DNA of 63,863 bases, counting the filler, from Welwitschia mirabilis (lineage: Eukaryota): the NCBI GenBank assembly GCA_051453625.1. It is 4 parts of one record of this genome, joined end to end, with 100 filler letters (N's around TTAATTAATTAA, not from the genome) between each part and the next. Parts side by side here need not be neighbours in the genome. Positions count along the whole stretch, not along the records: positions 21,747 to 37,718 come from JBOZIK010000001.1; positions 37,819 to 60,365 come from JBOZIK010000001.1; 2 more parts are not named here. One strand, written 5' to 3'. Below the pieces are notes generated by a model, which did no database searches, was not told the origin of the DNA, and worked only from the letters and a program-made list of their open reading frames with translations. Below are positions 27,101 to 39,100 of the stretch, one piece after another (the stretch's first letter is position 1; the number at the start of each line of letters is the position of its first letter). The position numbers were made by a program, and so were the translations under genes.

Positions 27101-29639
27101 ACCTCTCTCAAAGTTAAGATTTAAAATCATTAAGCAAATTAGAAAACTAAATGAAATCCTTAGTAATAAAAGGGAATATCAACCAAACCCTACAAATGGA
27201 TCCACATAAAATGAATTGCAAATATAAACGCAACAAGAAACATCTAAAAAACACTACACAGAAGCATCTAAACCACACTATGAAACTTTGTGGATGTACT
27301 AAAAGATAGGGGGAAGGCTCTATAAATAGAACTAGTCAAACACGATGTGCTAATGAATCATGAGTAGAATTGGGAGGCCTTTTAGGCTATAGGATGTGAC
27401 TCATATGTGTTAAGTCTAAGGTGATATGATCTACAGTTCTTAAAGGAGTTTTTTAGTAACTAGAATGGCAGATCTTTAAGAATAGGTAATACTATCATAT
27501 TTATTAACATTTCATTAATTAGTGATGCTATTCCCATAGGGCCTTAGGGAATAGATCTAAAAAGAGATGCTCCAAAAGCATCCATGGTGCTACAATTTGA
27601 AAATCTGATAGGAAAATCTCTAAGGAAAAGAGTAGGAAGCTATAAGAGGAAAGATCTTTCAAGGCCATTTCATTCTTAGGCAACATTGATCATGAAGCAT
27701 TTCATTTTAGAAGGGCATTTTGACAAAATCAATGACTTGCATTTCCACTTTTTGGCTATTATGATGGGTGATTTCTAGATATATCTCCCAATTTCCCTTT
27801 CAGATTCCACTTCATTACTCTTTGGAAAGCTACAAGGTAAGCAATGAAGGTTTGATTTGGCTTCTTTATCAAAGAAAAATTCAGATAAATGTAGGAGTTT
27901 TAGCTTGACAAGGTATTCCTAGAGGGCTTATCAAAAAACATCTTATATGGGAGCCTCTAAAACACATTTGAACTCATGAGAAGCGTGGTGTTCCCACATT
28001 ACTTGGACACATTGACAACATTCCATAAGAACCTAAACACAAGCATTAGTCTAAAACATAGGAAATAGAGTATCAACTGCAATAAGAAGAAGAAGAAATT
28101 GAACTAATCAATGTTAGTCTGCTTGCTCAAATTCCTCCTCCGAAATTTACTCCAAATGAATATTGTTTTATTTAAACCCTTTGGGGTATGCTAATTTAGA
28201 GCCAATATGAGAATGGAATTAGGAATAGGGTCTAACCAAATTAGATGCAGATGTGTATGGATTTGAATACCAATGCGATTATTATAGAGCCTAGAAAATA
28301 GCTTATAAGCTATGTTGTATCTTTCTTCATCGTTGCATTTTAATATATTTACCATTTCTTTAAAAAAATTAATTTATATGATACATAGATATTATAAGCT
28401 TTACAAGATTGTGATTCATTTCATCTTAATCCTTAACTAGCCCTCATTTTTCTACCTTTTTATGCAGGTGGAATTCTCAAGGTTAACATAGTGTAATTGT
28501 GCACTTCAGTGCATAAATCATAGAACTCTAGAATAAAAATTTGCTAGATTTGATTCTCTAATTGTCACTAAATTCTACAACTATCATGTTTTATACTCTT
28601 CAAACTTATTCCAAGGTTAAGGAGGAAGGCACGCATCTAGTGTTTCCATTTCCTTCTGCATTAACTCCTCCTTCGTATGAAATAGTCCTTTTATAGCCAT
28701 TACATCTATTTTAAAAATGAAGAAATCAAGAGTTTTATGAATATTTCAAGTTGTTTCATAGTTTTCCACATAGAGGATTTCACTTGGGTAGTGAAAAAAG
28801 AGGAAAACATTACCATGAATGAGGAACAGAACATGACAATTAGTCACATGGAAAATAATTAAAAATCTAAGAATTCTATTGTAAACTCTTAAATATCATC
28901 CAAGGTCATTATTGGTATTAACAAAGAGAACACATGACATTCAAAAGTAAGAAGTGGATTACAATGGTAATTCAATTTAAACAACATAAAATAAAAATAT
29001 TCTAAAGATCATGCAAGGATATTGAAGGCTAAAAGAAATTCTACCTTAGTGAAGTTAGAGGGAATAATTTGATTTCAACTAAACAGTAGTTGATACTAAC
29101 AATTCATCTCCATTTGAGAGTTATAACTATTAGATCTAGGAAAGGCTCTCACCACTAAACAATAGAAGGGAGGGAGGAGAATACTCTTCATGAAGAATAC
29201 TTCTACCAACTTTGCCCATATGTCGTATTTAAAGTGGGAAGTTCATGTCTTTATCACTGTTCCCTTAAGACAAGTATAGCATATTAATGCAAACTTTCTT
29301 TATAACTTATTTCAAATCTATCTTCTATGAGCCAATCATTATAACGGGAATTTTTTCTAGATGGAGAACATGTATACTAATTTTGTGTTATAAATCTTAT
29401 GGCTCTTTTAAGGATGTAATAAAATTTAATACCAAAAGCTCATATTAGGTGTACCTTGAGTATGTGGGTATAACCATAAGACGACCCCCATAAAGTAAGG
29501 GTATGTCAAACGAATGTTCTAATTATATTCTTAAGGAAGGGCGAACAATATTTTCAAGCGTTCACCAAGAAGTGAATTTAAATTAAAAAACAAGATGGGA
29601 AAGAAAACTAGAGGGGAGAGATGCAGTGACAGGCTCTTT

Positions 29640-29850
29640 GCGCGTGCTTGGAATCGTTTGAAAATGTCAACACTGGTATAGTCCCGTAGTTTTGAACAGG
29701 TTCGAATACTCGTTTTCCCGCCTTTGCGATCGATTTTTCCAGGCACGTCAGGAAAAGCAGAGAGCGGTTCAGGTCAAAGCACCAGGAAGTAAACTCTGCA
29801 TACGCTCAAAGGAGGCAAGGTGTTCGATTTGAACGGTTCGAAGAAAGAAA
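29640..29850 (+). promoter_or_regulatory. SMC2 proximal promoter/5'UTR with cell-cycle motifs
   Basis: E2F site TTTCCCGCC at 29714-29722. CHR-like TTTGAA at 29657, 29691 and 29828, and TTCGAA at 29701 and 29837. MSA core AACGG at 29832. Locally CpG-rich against a CpG-poor background. Confidence 0.6.
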
Positions 29851-30168
29851 ATGTACATCAGAGAAATATGTTTGGAGGGTTTCAAGTCTTATGCGACGAG
29901 GACCGTTGTTCCAGACTTCGATCCGCTCTTCAATGCAATAACAGGTCTCAATGGCTCCGGCAAATCCAACATTTTGGACTCCATCTGCTTCGTGCTTGGT
30001 ATCACCAATCTGCAGCAGGTCAGAGCTGCTAATTGGCAGGAGCTTGTTTACAAGCAGGGACAGGCTGGCGTTACGAAGGCCACTGTTTCAATTGTTTTCG
30101 ATAACTCTGATAAAAGCCGAAGCCCCATTGGATATGAAGATTGCAGTGAGATTACCGTTACTCGACAG
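29851..30168 (+). CDS. SMC2: SMC2 exon 1 (N-terminal head, Walker A)
   Basis: [14 protein letters not shown]...GLNGSGKSN...VTRQ; donor CAG|gtaact. Confidence 0.95.
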
Positions 30169-33100
30169 GTAACTTTCTTCTTCCGTAGAAGGAGCAGAAT
30201 TAGGTTGTTCAACAATGCTTTTCGATTCCTTTCCGCACTAATTTGAACGAATACACATGTAATCAAAGATCAAAAGTTACAATACCCATTCAGGCTATAA
30301 CACGAGCGCATTTCTATTTTCGGTGATCATGGTTGCAATCATTTCCCTTCTGGGTTTCAAGTAACACAGTTTTGAGTGTTTTCTGCAGATTGTTGTTGGT
30401 GGAAGAAACAAATACTTAATCAATGGGCATCTGGCCCAACCATCACGCGTCCAAAATCTTTTCCATTCCGTACAGTTAAACGTGAACAATCCCCATTTCC
30501 TTATAATGCAAGGGCGCATTACTAAGGTCCTCAACATGAAACCTCCCGAGATCTTATCAATGCTTGAAGAGGCAGCTGGGACAAGAATGTATGAAATGAA
30601 GAAAGAGTCTGCACTGAAAACTCTGGAAAAGAAGCAGACCAAAGTGAACGAGATAGACAATGTTTTGGACAAAGAAATCCTCCCTGCTTTAGAGAAATTG
30701 AAGAAAGAGCGTGCGCAGTATACGCAGTGGGCGAACGCCAATGCAGAGCTAGACCGACTTAAAAGATTTTGTATTGCATATGATTTCGTGCATGCGGAGA
30801 AAATGAAGGAGGCTGCTATAGCCGGCGTTAAAGAAATGGGTTCAAAGATTGAAGAACTTATGAAGGAGATGGAACAGACAGAAGTAGAGATAACTGAGAA
30901 AGCCCAAGAAATTTCTCACATCACCTCTGAAAAGGAGAAGCAAATGGGAGGAGAAATTAAAATCTTATCTGAGAAGGCTGATAGCATTTCGAATGAACTT
31001 GTCAAAGAAACTTCAGCTCTAACTAATCAGAAAGAAACTTTTAAGGCCGAGCAAAAAGCCATTGGAAAGGTGATGCAGATCTTTTCGTGAATTTACATTT
31101 CATATTGCAGTTTCTGATTTTTTGTTAATTGATTTTTAAAGATTAGGCTTTTCTTTTAATTGCATAGATCTATAGAATGTTCTATTATTTCTGGGAGATA
31201 CTTTTATGAAATTAGTTATAAATAACAATGCACTCACATCCAATGTTATGTTGCATAATGTCTAATCGCATTAGCTGCAAGAAAGGACTTGGCGTTGGTA
31301 GCTACGATATGTATTCATTTGAATATCAAGTATGCATGAATGCGATTGGCATTCTGTCATTTACAACATATCCTTCACTCTAAAGCACACCCTGCTTTAA
31401 TCCGTTTTGATTGCTGTGTTAACATGTCATTGCTGCTTTTCACTCACGTTGGAGGATTTATCACTGACATCCATGTTCTTCACGCAGCTAAAGAAAAGTA
31501 TCGAAGAAATAGAGAAATCGCTAAAAGACAAGGAAGCTGCTGTGCAAAGGGCCGACGACGGGGCAGCTGACTTGAGGAATAAGGTGGACGAGCTGTCTAA
31601 GGCGTTAGAAGACAATGAGCTAGAATACCAGGTATCAAAGTTGGGCAGCAATTTTTTGGCATATACTCGACAGTTTTGTAAGTCTTTATAGCTGTATAAT
31701 GATTTGCATGGTAACTTTCACATATTAACAGGCGGTGCTGGCAGGCAAGAGTAGTGGCCATGAAGAAAAATGTCTTGATGATCAACTTGTAGATGCTAAG
31801 GCTGCAGTTGGAAGCGCCGAGACTGAAGTAAAGCAGTTGAAAACAAAAATTAATCATCTTGAAAAAGAGTTTAAAGAGAAGGAAAAACAGATGCACTCAA
31901 AGCAGAAAGAAGCTGCTGCTGTTGAAAGGGAGCTGGAGTCTAAAAGGCAAGATGTGAAGAAAATAAAGGCAGCACTTGAAAGCATTGATTATGAAGAAGG
32001 GAGTATGGAGACGTTGGAAAAGGTATATAACACAGGACATCAAAGCCCTTTTTCAAAGTAAAAAAAAAACCCCTTTAGGAAAGCTTACACTGTCTTGATA
32101 AAATTCCCAGGAACGGTCGCAAATTATTGAATCTGTAAAAAAATTGAAAGCTGATGTCCGGAGTCTCTCAGCCCAACTAGGAAATGTACAATTTACATAC
32201 AATGATCCAGTAAAGAACTTTGACAGATCAAGAGTCAAAGGTGTCGTTGCACAGCTAATCCATGTGAAAGACGGCTCAACAGCAACCGCACTTGAGGTAG
32301 TACTTATGTGTCGGAAATGCACTGGTTTTCTGATACCTTTGTTTATGTGGAACAACCCGGACTGACTGGATTGTCAATAATGTCTCAGGTTGCAGCGGGA
32401 GGGAAATTATTTAATGTGGTAGTTGATACCGAACAAACAGGAAAGATGCTACTTGAAAAAGGTGGACTCCGGAGGAGAATAACAATTATTCCTTTGAATA
32501 AAATTGAGGCTCATAAAATTCCTCAGAGAACCCAACAAATAGCTACAAAACTGGTTTGTGATGTTTTTTATTAACGGCAAATTCAAGTAATTCTAAACTT
32601 ATTGTTTAATGTTGCTAAGTAATTTGGTCACATGCATATCCGTTTTGTCTATTCCTATTTAAGGTTGGGCAAGGGAATGCTAGACTGGCACTCTCCTTAG
32701 TTGGATATGAAGAGGACCTGGAGGTATGGAATTTTTCTTTGTAAAGGTTAATTACAAAATAACAATTTTTAGTCTTTTTAAATCATTGTTTTCATTTCCC
32801 TCTTAATAAAAGCATTTACCTTTTGGTATTGAAATCAAGCTCTGCAGTCGCACTCTTTTCAGTTTCCTTTTGCTGTGCACATCTGATCTGTTTGAGAACA
32901 TGAAAACGTGAGCAATTGAATTCCTGTCCCAACTTTATCTAAAAGTTTTCTTCTTGTACCAAGCTATGCAAAACAACATGGATCAGTAGTATTATTACTT
33001 TTCTTGAGGCAGAAAAAAAAGGGAGAACTAAATGCAGGATTATTATGCCTTGAAAAAAAAGGAAAGGTATAGTATGGAAGTGAAAACCATCTTGCTGGAA

Positions 33101-36100
33101 ATGTAACATGAAAGGATATGTAAAGAGAAACTACCTAGTACTTAGGCGTGAGACAATTAGCATTGTTATGGAGGATAATCCTATTACACTTTGATGCTTC
33201 TTGAGTTAGGTCATGCTATGTTCTTCCTACATCATAACATATTTCTAATGGGAGTTGTATAATGTTTTGTTCTAGTGTTATTAGACTCACCTCAGGCTAG
33301 ACGAGTTTGGGTAAGTCTTGAGTTTGAGACCTAAGGTAGGTCTTAAGTTTCAAACTTGCTTAAATGAGTTTGGTAGTCTTGGACTTGTCAGATTCACCCA
33401 CTCACCAGACTCACCAACTTTGATATAGAGTATGTGACGTGCAAGTTTGATGGGTCTGGAACTCCCACACTTGATTTGGACAACATGACATGTATCCTAG
33501 GGTAATAAGTCGATGCATATTTGATATACATACATATAAGTGTACGGTGGGATTGTGCCAAATGACCACACACAAGACCTTATGGAGAAGTTTCTCTAGA
33601 AAGGTTTAAAAAAAGGTTCTAAATCTATTTTGGTGGCCAACTTATCATAGCCATAACTTCGTTATATGAAATTTTTTTTAGTGAGCTACAAAATGCATTG
33701 AAATTCTTATTGCTAGAAAAACAAACAAGCACTAGGGTTCTTTTTCATTGGAGGTCATCTGACAGGAGAAAATACGCCAAAATTTTTGTGAGAACCATTC
33801 TGTTAGCATTTATTCTATAATCTTTAAATACCAAGCTAATATCATTTAAGCTTGGTAAATTAGAATGCAACGTTTACATGCATAGTTTCAAGTGTTTTTC
33901 AAAGCAATAGATTTTTAAAGAATTGAAAGTTGAAGAGAACAAATACTAAATCTTATAAATATGTGTTTTGGCACATATTAATTAAGTTCTTGTCTCTACG
34001 TAACTTATGTTCTACTTAGAAGTGCTCTTTCTCTTCATTGAAGAAATGAACATAGTTATAACTAATGAAAAGTGCATGTTATTCCACAATCTTTTGGCCT
34101 TCTCAACTACAATGAGATTGTTGAGTTTTGCCAAGCTCAGGTGGTGAGTCCTTGTTCAATAGGCAAAATGAGTTTGGTGGTGAATTTGAATTTTGCTACT
34201 ATGTTTTGTTTTATAGTTTGTTGCAGTTTTCAATAGATACAAGTTTTAAATGTCGAGGTAGAAGTGCATAGTAACTAATTGCATTTGACTTTTCTTACAT
34301 AGAGATGAGATTCTAGTCAACTTGTTTTCATATTATGATCCAAGATCTTTGTATCTTGGAGGATTATGGAAGGACTTGTTCTTGATGTTGAAAATAACTA
34401 GTTGATGAAGTGATCCTAATTAGTTACAGTTGTAGCGTAGCCTTTTTGGTTTGTTTGGCATGGATGCTTTAGTGTTGCTGATGGTTGTTTCCATGGAAGG
34501 TACTTTGACAATAAGTCATTCTGTGATGTTGGAGGTTAGATAGGTATCCTAGTTGCTTTGCATGGATGGAGAAGGTAGATTTATTTCCAAGGGGCAGATT
34601 ATCATAATGTGAAGCCAAATCTTGTATTTCCCTACCTTATGTTGTAATGTTGTAAAAGAAGAGTAGCATTGGGCAGTTGATTTACCTATCCTAATTAGAA
34701 GTCGAAGTAAGACTTACAAGTAAATTGAGTGAGAGATTTCGGGTTTTCAAGCTTGTCTTGGGTTAAAAACTTTAATTGTATTTAAATGATTTGGATCCTT
34801 GCACATTTTAGGGCAACCAATTCATTTGGATGATTGGTAATAGAACACCTCCTTATACCATGGATGTTTCCTTTGTCTTTGTAGGTTTTGCCATGTAAAT
34901 CTCTAAGCATCCTACTGCTTTCCTTGATTTGCTTCTTTTTCCCTTTCTTTCTTTAGTGCTTTTATCATTAATGTGTGTAAATTATTGACAGTTTGCAAGA
35001 TCATGTTTATAGCCACTTATAGAATGGCATTTGTAGTTGTTAGATTGATGATGTCCCATGCATTTATTGGCTTGAAAAGGCTTGATCGTAGTGGATGTTT
35101 TCTATAGAGATGCTCTTTATATGATGGTGTCCACCTTGATGATTCTTTTGCATGCTGCAATCCATGTTTGTTGATAATAGGTGGGGGATTTTGATTGATG
35201 ATGATTCTCTAGCATGATTTTCCATGATTTTGCCTTGGAGAGCAAGAAAGATTTATCTTCAAGTGGGAGATTGGTGAAGTGAAAGCTTTATTTTGATGCA
35301 CTTGTTATTTAGGTTAAACTTGTAAACCTTTATGTTGTAAAAGTGATTCAATTTAACTGTGTCACTTTTGGTTATTTGGGTGCATTGGAAATTTAAGGGC
35401 ACATACCAAAAATAATTTAGGGGTTTTTATCGTTTGAGATCGTCTTTATAAGCCTACTTTGTGGTCTATTGTGGTAGTGGTATAAGGAGAAGAGTGATTG
35501 ATCTCTACTAAAAGGGTTATTGTTTGGAACCATGGCTTTTAGAATGTCGGTCTTGGCTTGTAATATCTATTCTTACTTACTTGAAGGTTATTGTTGGTGT
35601 TGCTTTATTATAATTTTGTTTGTTTTTAATACTTCTTTGAGGAATTGGAGTTGACTTTGATGTGAGGATTTAAATTAGCAAAATTGAGGGAATCAGAAAA
35701 TGGAATAAAGACATGATTGAGAATCTTAAGAAACACTATAATGCTCCTTTTTAGAGTTTTTCTGTAAGCTTTACTTAGTTCCATTTGGTAATATAATAGT
35801 TAGAGACATAATATAAATAGATAGAAGCACATATGAAGGTCTTTAATAGCTCCCATGTCTTCACATTACCACATATTCAAAAATGCATCAAATTTGAGTT
35901 TTCATCTGTGAAACTGCAATATTTTCGATGGACAANNNNNNNNNNNNNNNNNNNNNNNNNNNNNNNNNNNNNNNNNNNNNNNNNNNNNNNNNNNNNNNNN
36001 NNNNNNNNNNNNNNNNNNNNNNNNNNNNNNNNNNNATGGACAATTTCCAAGATGTAGAACTATCTAAAGCATCATTGCACATTCCGATTTAGAATTGTGA

Positions 36101-39100
36101 TTAATGGGTAGTGAATTGTGACTCCCTCTAGGATTCCTACGAGTCTTGATTTTGCCACACTTGGAAGCTTTTTTGTTTACCCTAGGGAAAACTCAATTCT
36201 AAATTTCCGAAATCGCAAATTTGATTCCAATTTTGCATAGAATGCTTTCTCTCTTCTTTCTTTGTTGATTGGCAAATCATTATGATTCACTTTTGCTTCA
36301 TGTTTTTATAACATATTACATAGGCTTTGGAATAGCTTGTTTTGGGTTTAGGTAAAATCATATTGTCATAATAGGTACTGACCATATAACTTATACAAGA
36401 ATACATTTTGTCATCTTTTAAAGGTTTAGGGATATACATCTATATTCGAAGGACAATTGTAGTCCTGACTTCCTAACAATCTCAAAAATTAGCTTTGCTT
36501 GACTTTGTCTTCACATGGGAAGATTATGTTGCCTTACATCTCCAACATTCACCCCCTTAGTGACAACATTTTGAAATTGAAGAATACACCTTGTTTTTTC
36601 TACTTTTTTTAGTGTGCTTAGGTCTTTTAACTCAAGGATTTTGTTAGCCATGTCTTGTGATTTGATTGGAAGCTTCTTGGGGTTTTTCTTCAACTCGACA
36701 TCTTTGTGTTCTAGAGAATTTCATTTCTTCATGGCTATGACAAAACATGTTATGGTATCAAAAACGCAATGAGTCTTCACAATGCTTTGCTTGACAACTA
36801 TTTAAATAGTTGAGTTTGACCCTAATGTGTATGTGTGCTTATGCCTCTTTTAGAGGGTCTTATAGATCCTATGTTTACAACCTCTCAAATGATCATTTCA
36901 CCATCAAAAGTAACATAAAGCGACTAAAAATAATATGCCTGACTGAATTTCATGTTACACTTTACAATGCCATAGTTTAAAGATGACATTTGTTAATACC
37001 TAGGAATTTGAAATGCTATCTAGCCAAATTTATGGCTTGAAGAAGAAGACTATAAGATGGGGTGACTAACTAATAAGCTGATCATGGGTGGGTCTTAAGA
37101 ATTTGAGGACATTTGTTCTTTAAACATTACACTTCTATTATCTTCATCAATGCGACAAAATGTGATAATTTGGTAAGCATTTTAATAATTAAAGGGATGT
37201 TGAGATTGTTTTCCTTTCCTCATTCTTTGGTCTACACAAATACGTGAAAGAATACATCTTAAGTGATACTTAAAGATGATGTGACATGTGTTTTCTCAAG
37301 GAATACAATTATGCTGAATTATTTTACACTATCGTAAATGAAGTTTAAAAAGTCTATAATGGGAAAGTTCATGACGATTGATGATGAATTCTATTTTTCC
37401 TCTCTTCAATACCAAGAGTTTCAACAATGATATTATAGTGTAGGCTTGTTGAAGAGATGATCTTGCTTTGAAATGTGCTAATATTGTTTTTGTTACAAAA
37501 ATACATAATAACATATCGAATAAACAATGTAGCAATAGAACATGGAGACACACGGATTTACGTGGAAAACCCCAATGAGGGGAAAAACCATGGGAAAGCA
37601 GTGCAGAGCTCTATTATCTCCTTAAAGAGTACAAGCCAACAACATGCTTCAAGCCAACAACAGGCTTTAGGCAAGAATGCCTTAACGAACTCTATCAACT
37701 CTCTATCTTACAAAACAANNNNNNNNNNNNNNNNNNNNNNNNNNNNNNNNNNNNNNNNNNNNTTAATTAATTAANNNNNNNNNNNNNNNNNNNNNNNNNN
37801 NNNNNNNNNNNNNNNNNNCTAGTTTAGCAGGTCGGACGTCCCTGTATAAAAGTCCGTATATAGGGTCGGATGTCCCAAATTGACAGGGTGGACATCCCAG
37901 TATAATAATCTTCAAATAGGGACGGACGTCCCAAATTAATAGGTCGGACGTCCCTATATGAAAATCCGAGTACATCCCTGGACGTCCCGATTACTTAGGG
38001 CGGACGTCCCTATATAGAGAACCGTATAGGAATCCGACGTCCCTATTAGACAGGCCGGACGTCCCTATCTGGAGAAATCTTGTTTTCTTAAGTTAGAAAC
38101 GTCATCGTTGAAAATATTTACTGCAACAGAGAAGACCACTCTTGAGCGTAACCTTTTCCTTCTTCCTAGAGAACTTCACCCACCTTTACCTCATCCTTGG
38201 GAGGAGATCCATTTGGAACCTCTAATGCTAGCACACAGATCTATTCCCTTCCCTTTCCTATGGACACCCTTAAACAACTTGGAGGATACCTCCTTCTCTT
38301 GGAAGTCCTCCCTCTTCTTAACACTTTACCTTGTTTTTCCTTTTTGTTTACCCCTCTTTTCAAGAGGTTTACCTACTAGGTTCCCATGCTCTACATTGTT
38401 CCTTCGTTACTCTATACCTTAAGGGTTGGGTACCTAATTTCCAATAGCCCTCTGGAATAAATCCAGATCATGTTAACCTAGAAAGCAGGTATTGTTGTCC
38501 TATCCATGCCCAAGAAAAGGGATTTGCATCAACACATTGATCACATTAAAAGGATTGGAGCTTGATCTTTGCCTATAGAAAAGGCCACCATGTAATAACA
38601 ATTGGTTAAAAACCTAGCCTTGCATTTCTTTGTGGAGATCTAACACAGATTTAGGGAATCAAGTTGGGAAATGATTTATGGCTACCTGAAATCTAGACTT
38701 CCATCATACCCTTAAGGTCTAGAATTTGATGAGATGTTTTAACATGGTGGTATGAGGTTTGCCAAGATGGGGAGTCCGGAGTAACATGATATTAAACAAC
38801 ACAAGACTTTTAGGGCTATCTATTATGAAATCCCTTAATTGGCCTTGATACCACTAGTTGGAACAAGACGACCAAGCATTCGAAACCCTTGGGATGAATT
38901 GTGCTATTAGAGCAACTTGATGAATACAATACTAGGGCCAACTACTGAATCTACCATAGGATACTTATTATATAGGCTTTAGCCATAGTGTATTGTAGGT
39001 TTAGTTATTAGTTGTATCCTCAGAATTGGTATCGAGCCTATAACTTATACAAACATAAGGGATGTTGTCTTTTAACAATTCATAGATATTTGTCTATATC

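Noticed and set aside
27540..28030. Possible Cys/His-rich coding remnant on minus strand
   Set aside because: Too decayed to assign; perhaps a LINE ORF1 fragment.
30048..32355. Minus-strand ORFs overlapping SMC2 exons
   Set aside because: Shadow frames of the coding strand; no independent motifs.
37831..38066. Repeat-spacer array resembling CRISPR
   Set aside because: Repeats only ~9-12 bp, spacers related to one another, no cas genes, eukaryotic LTR context.
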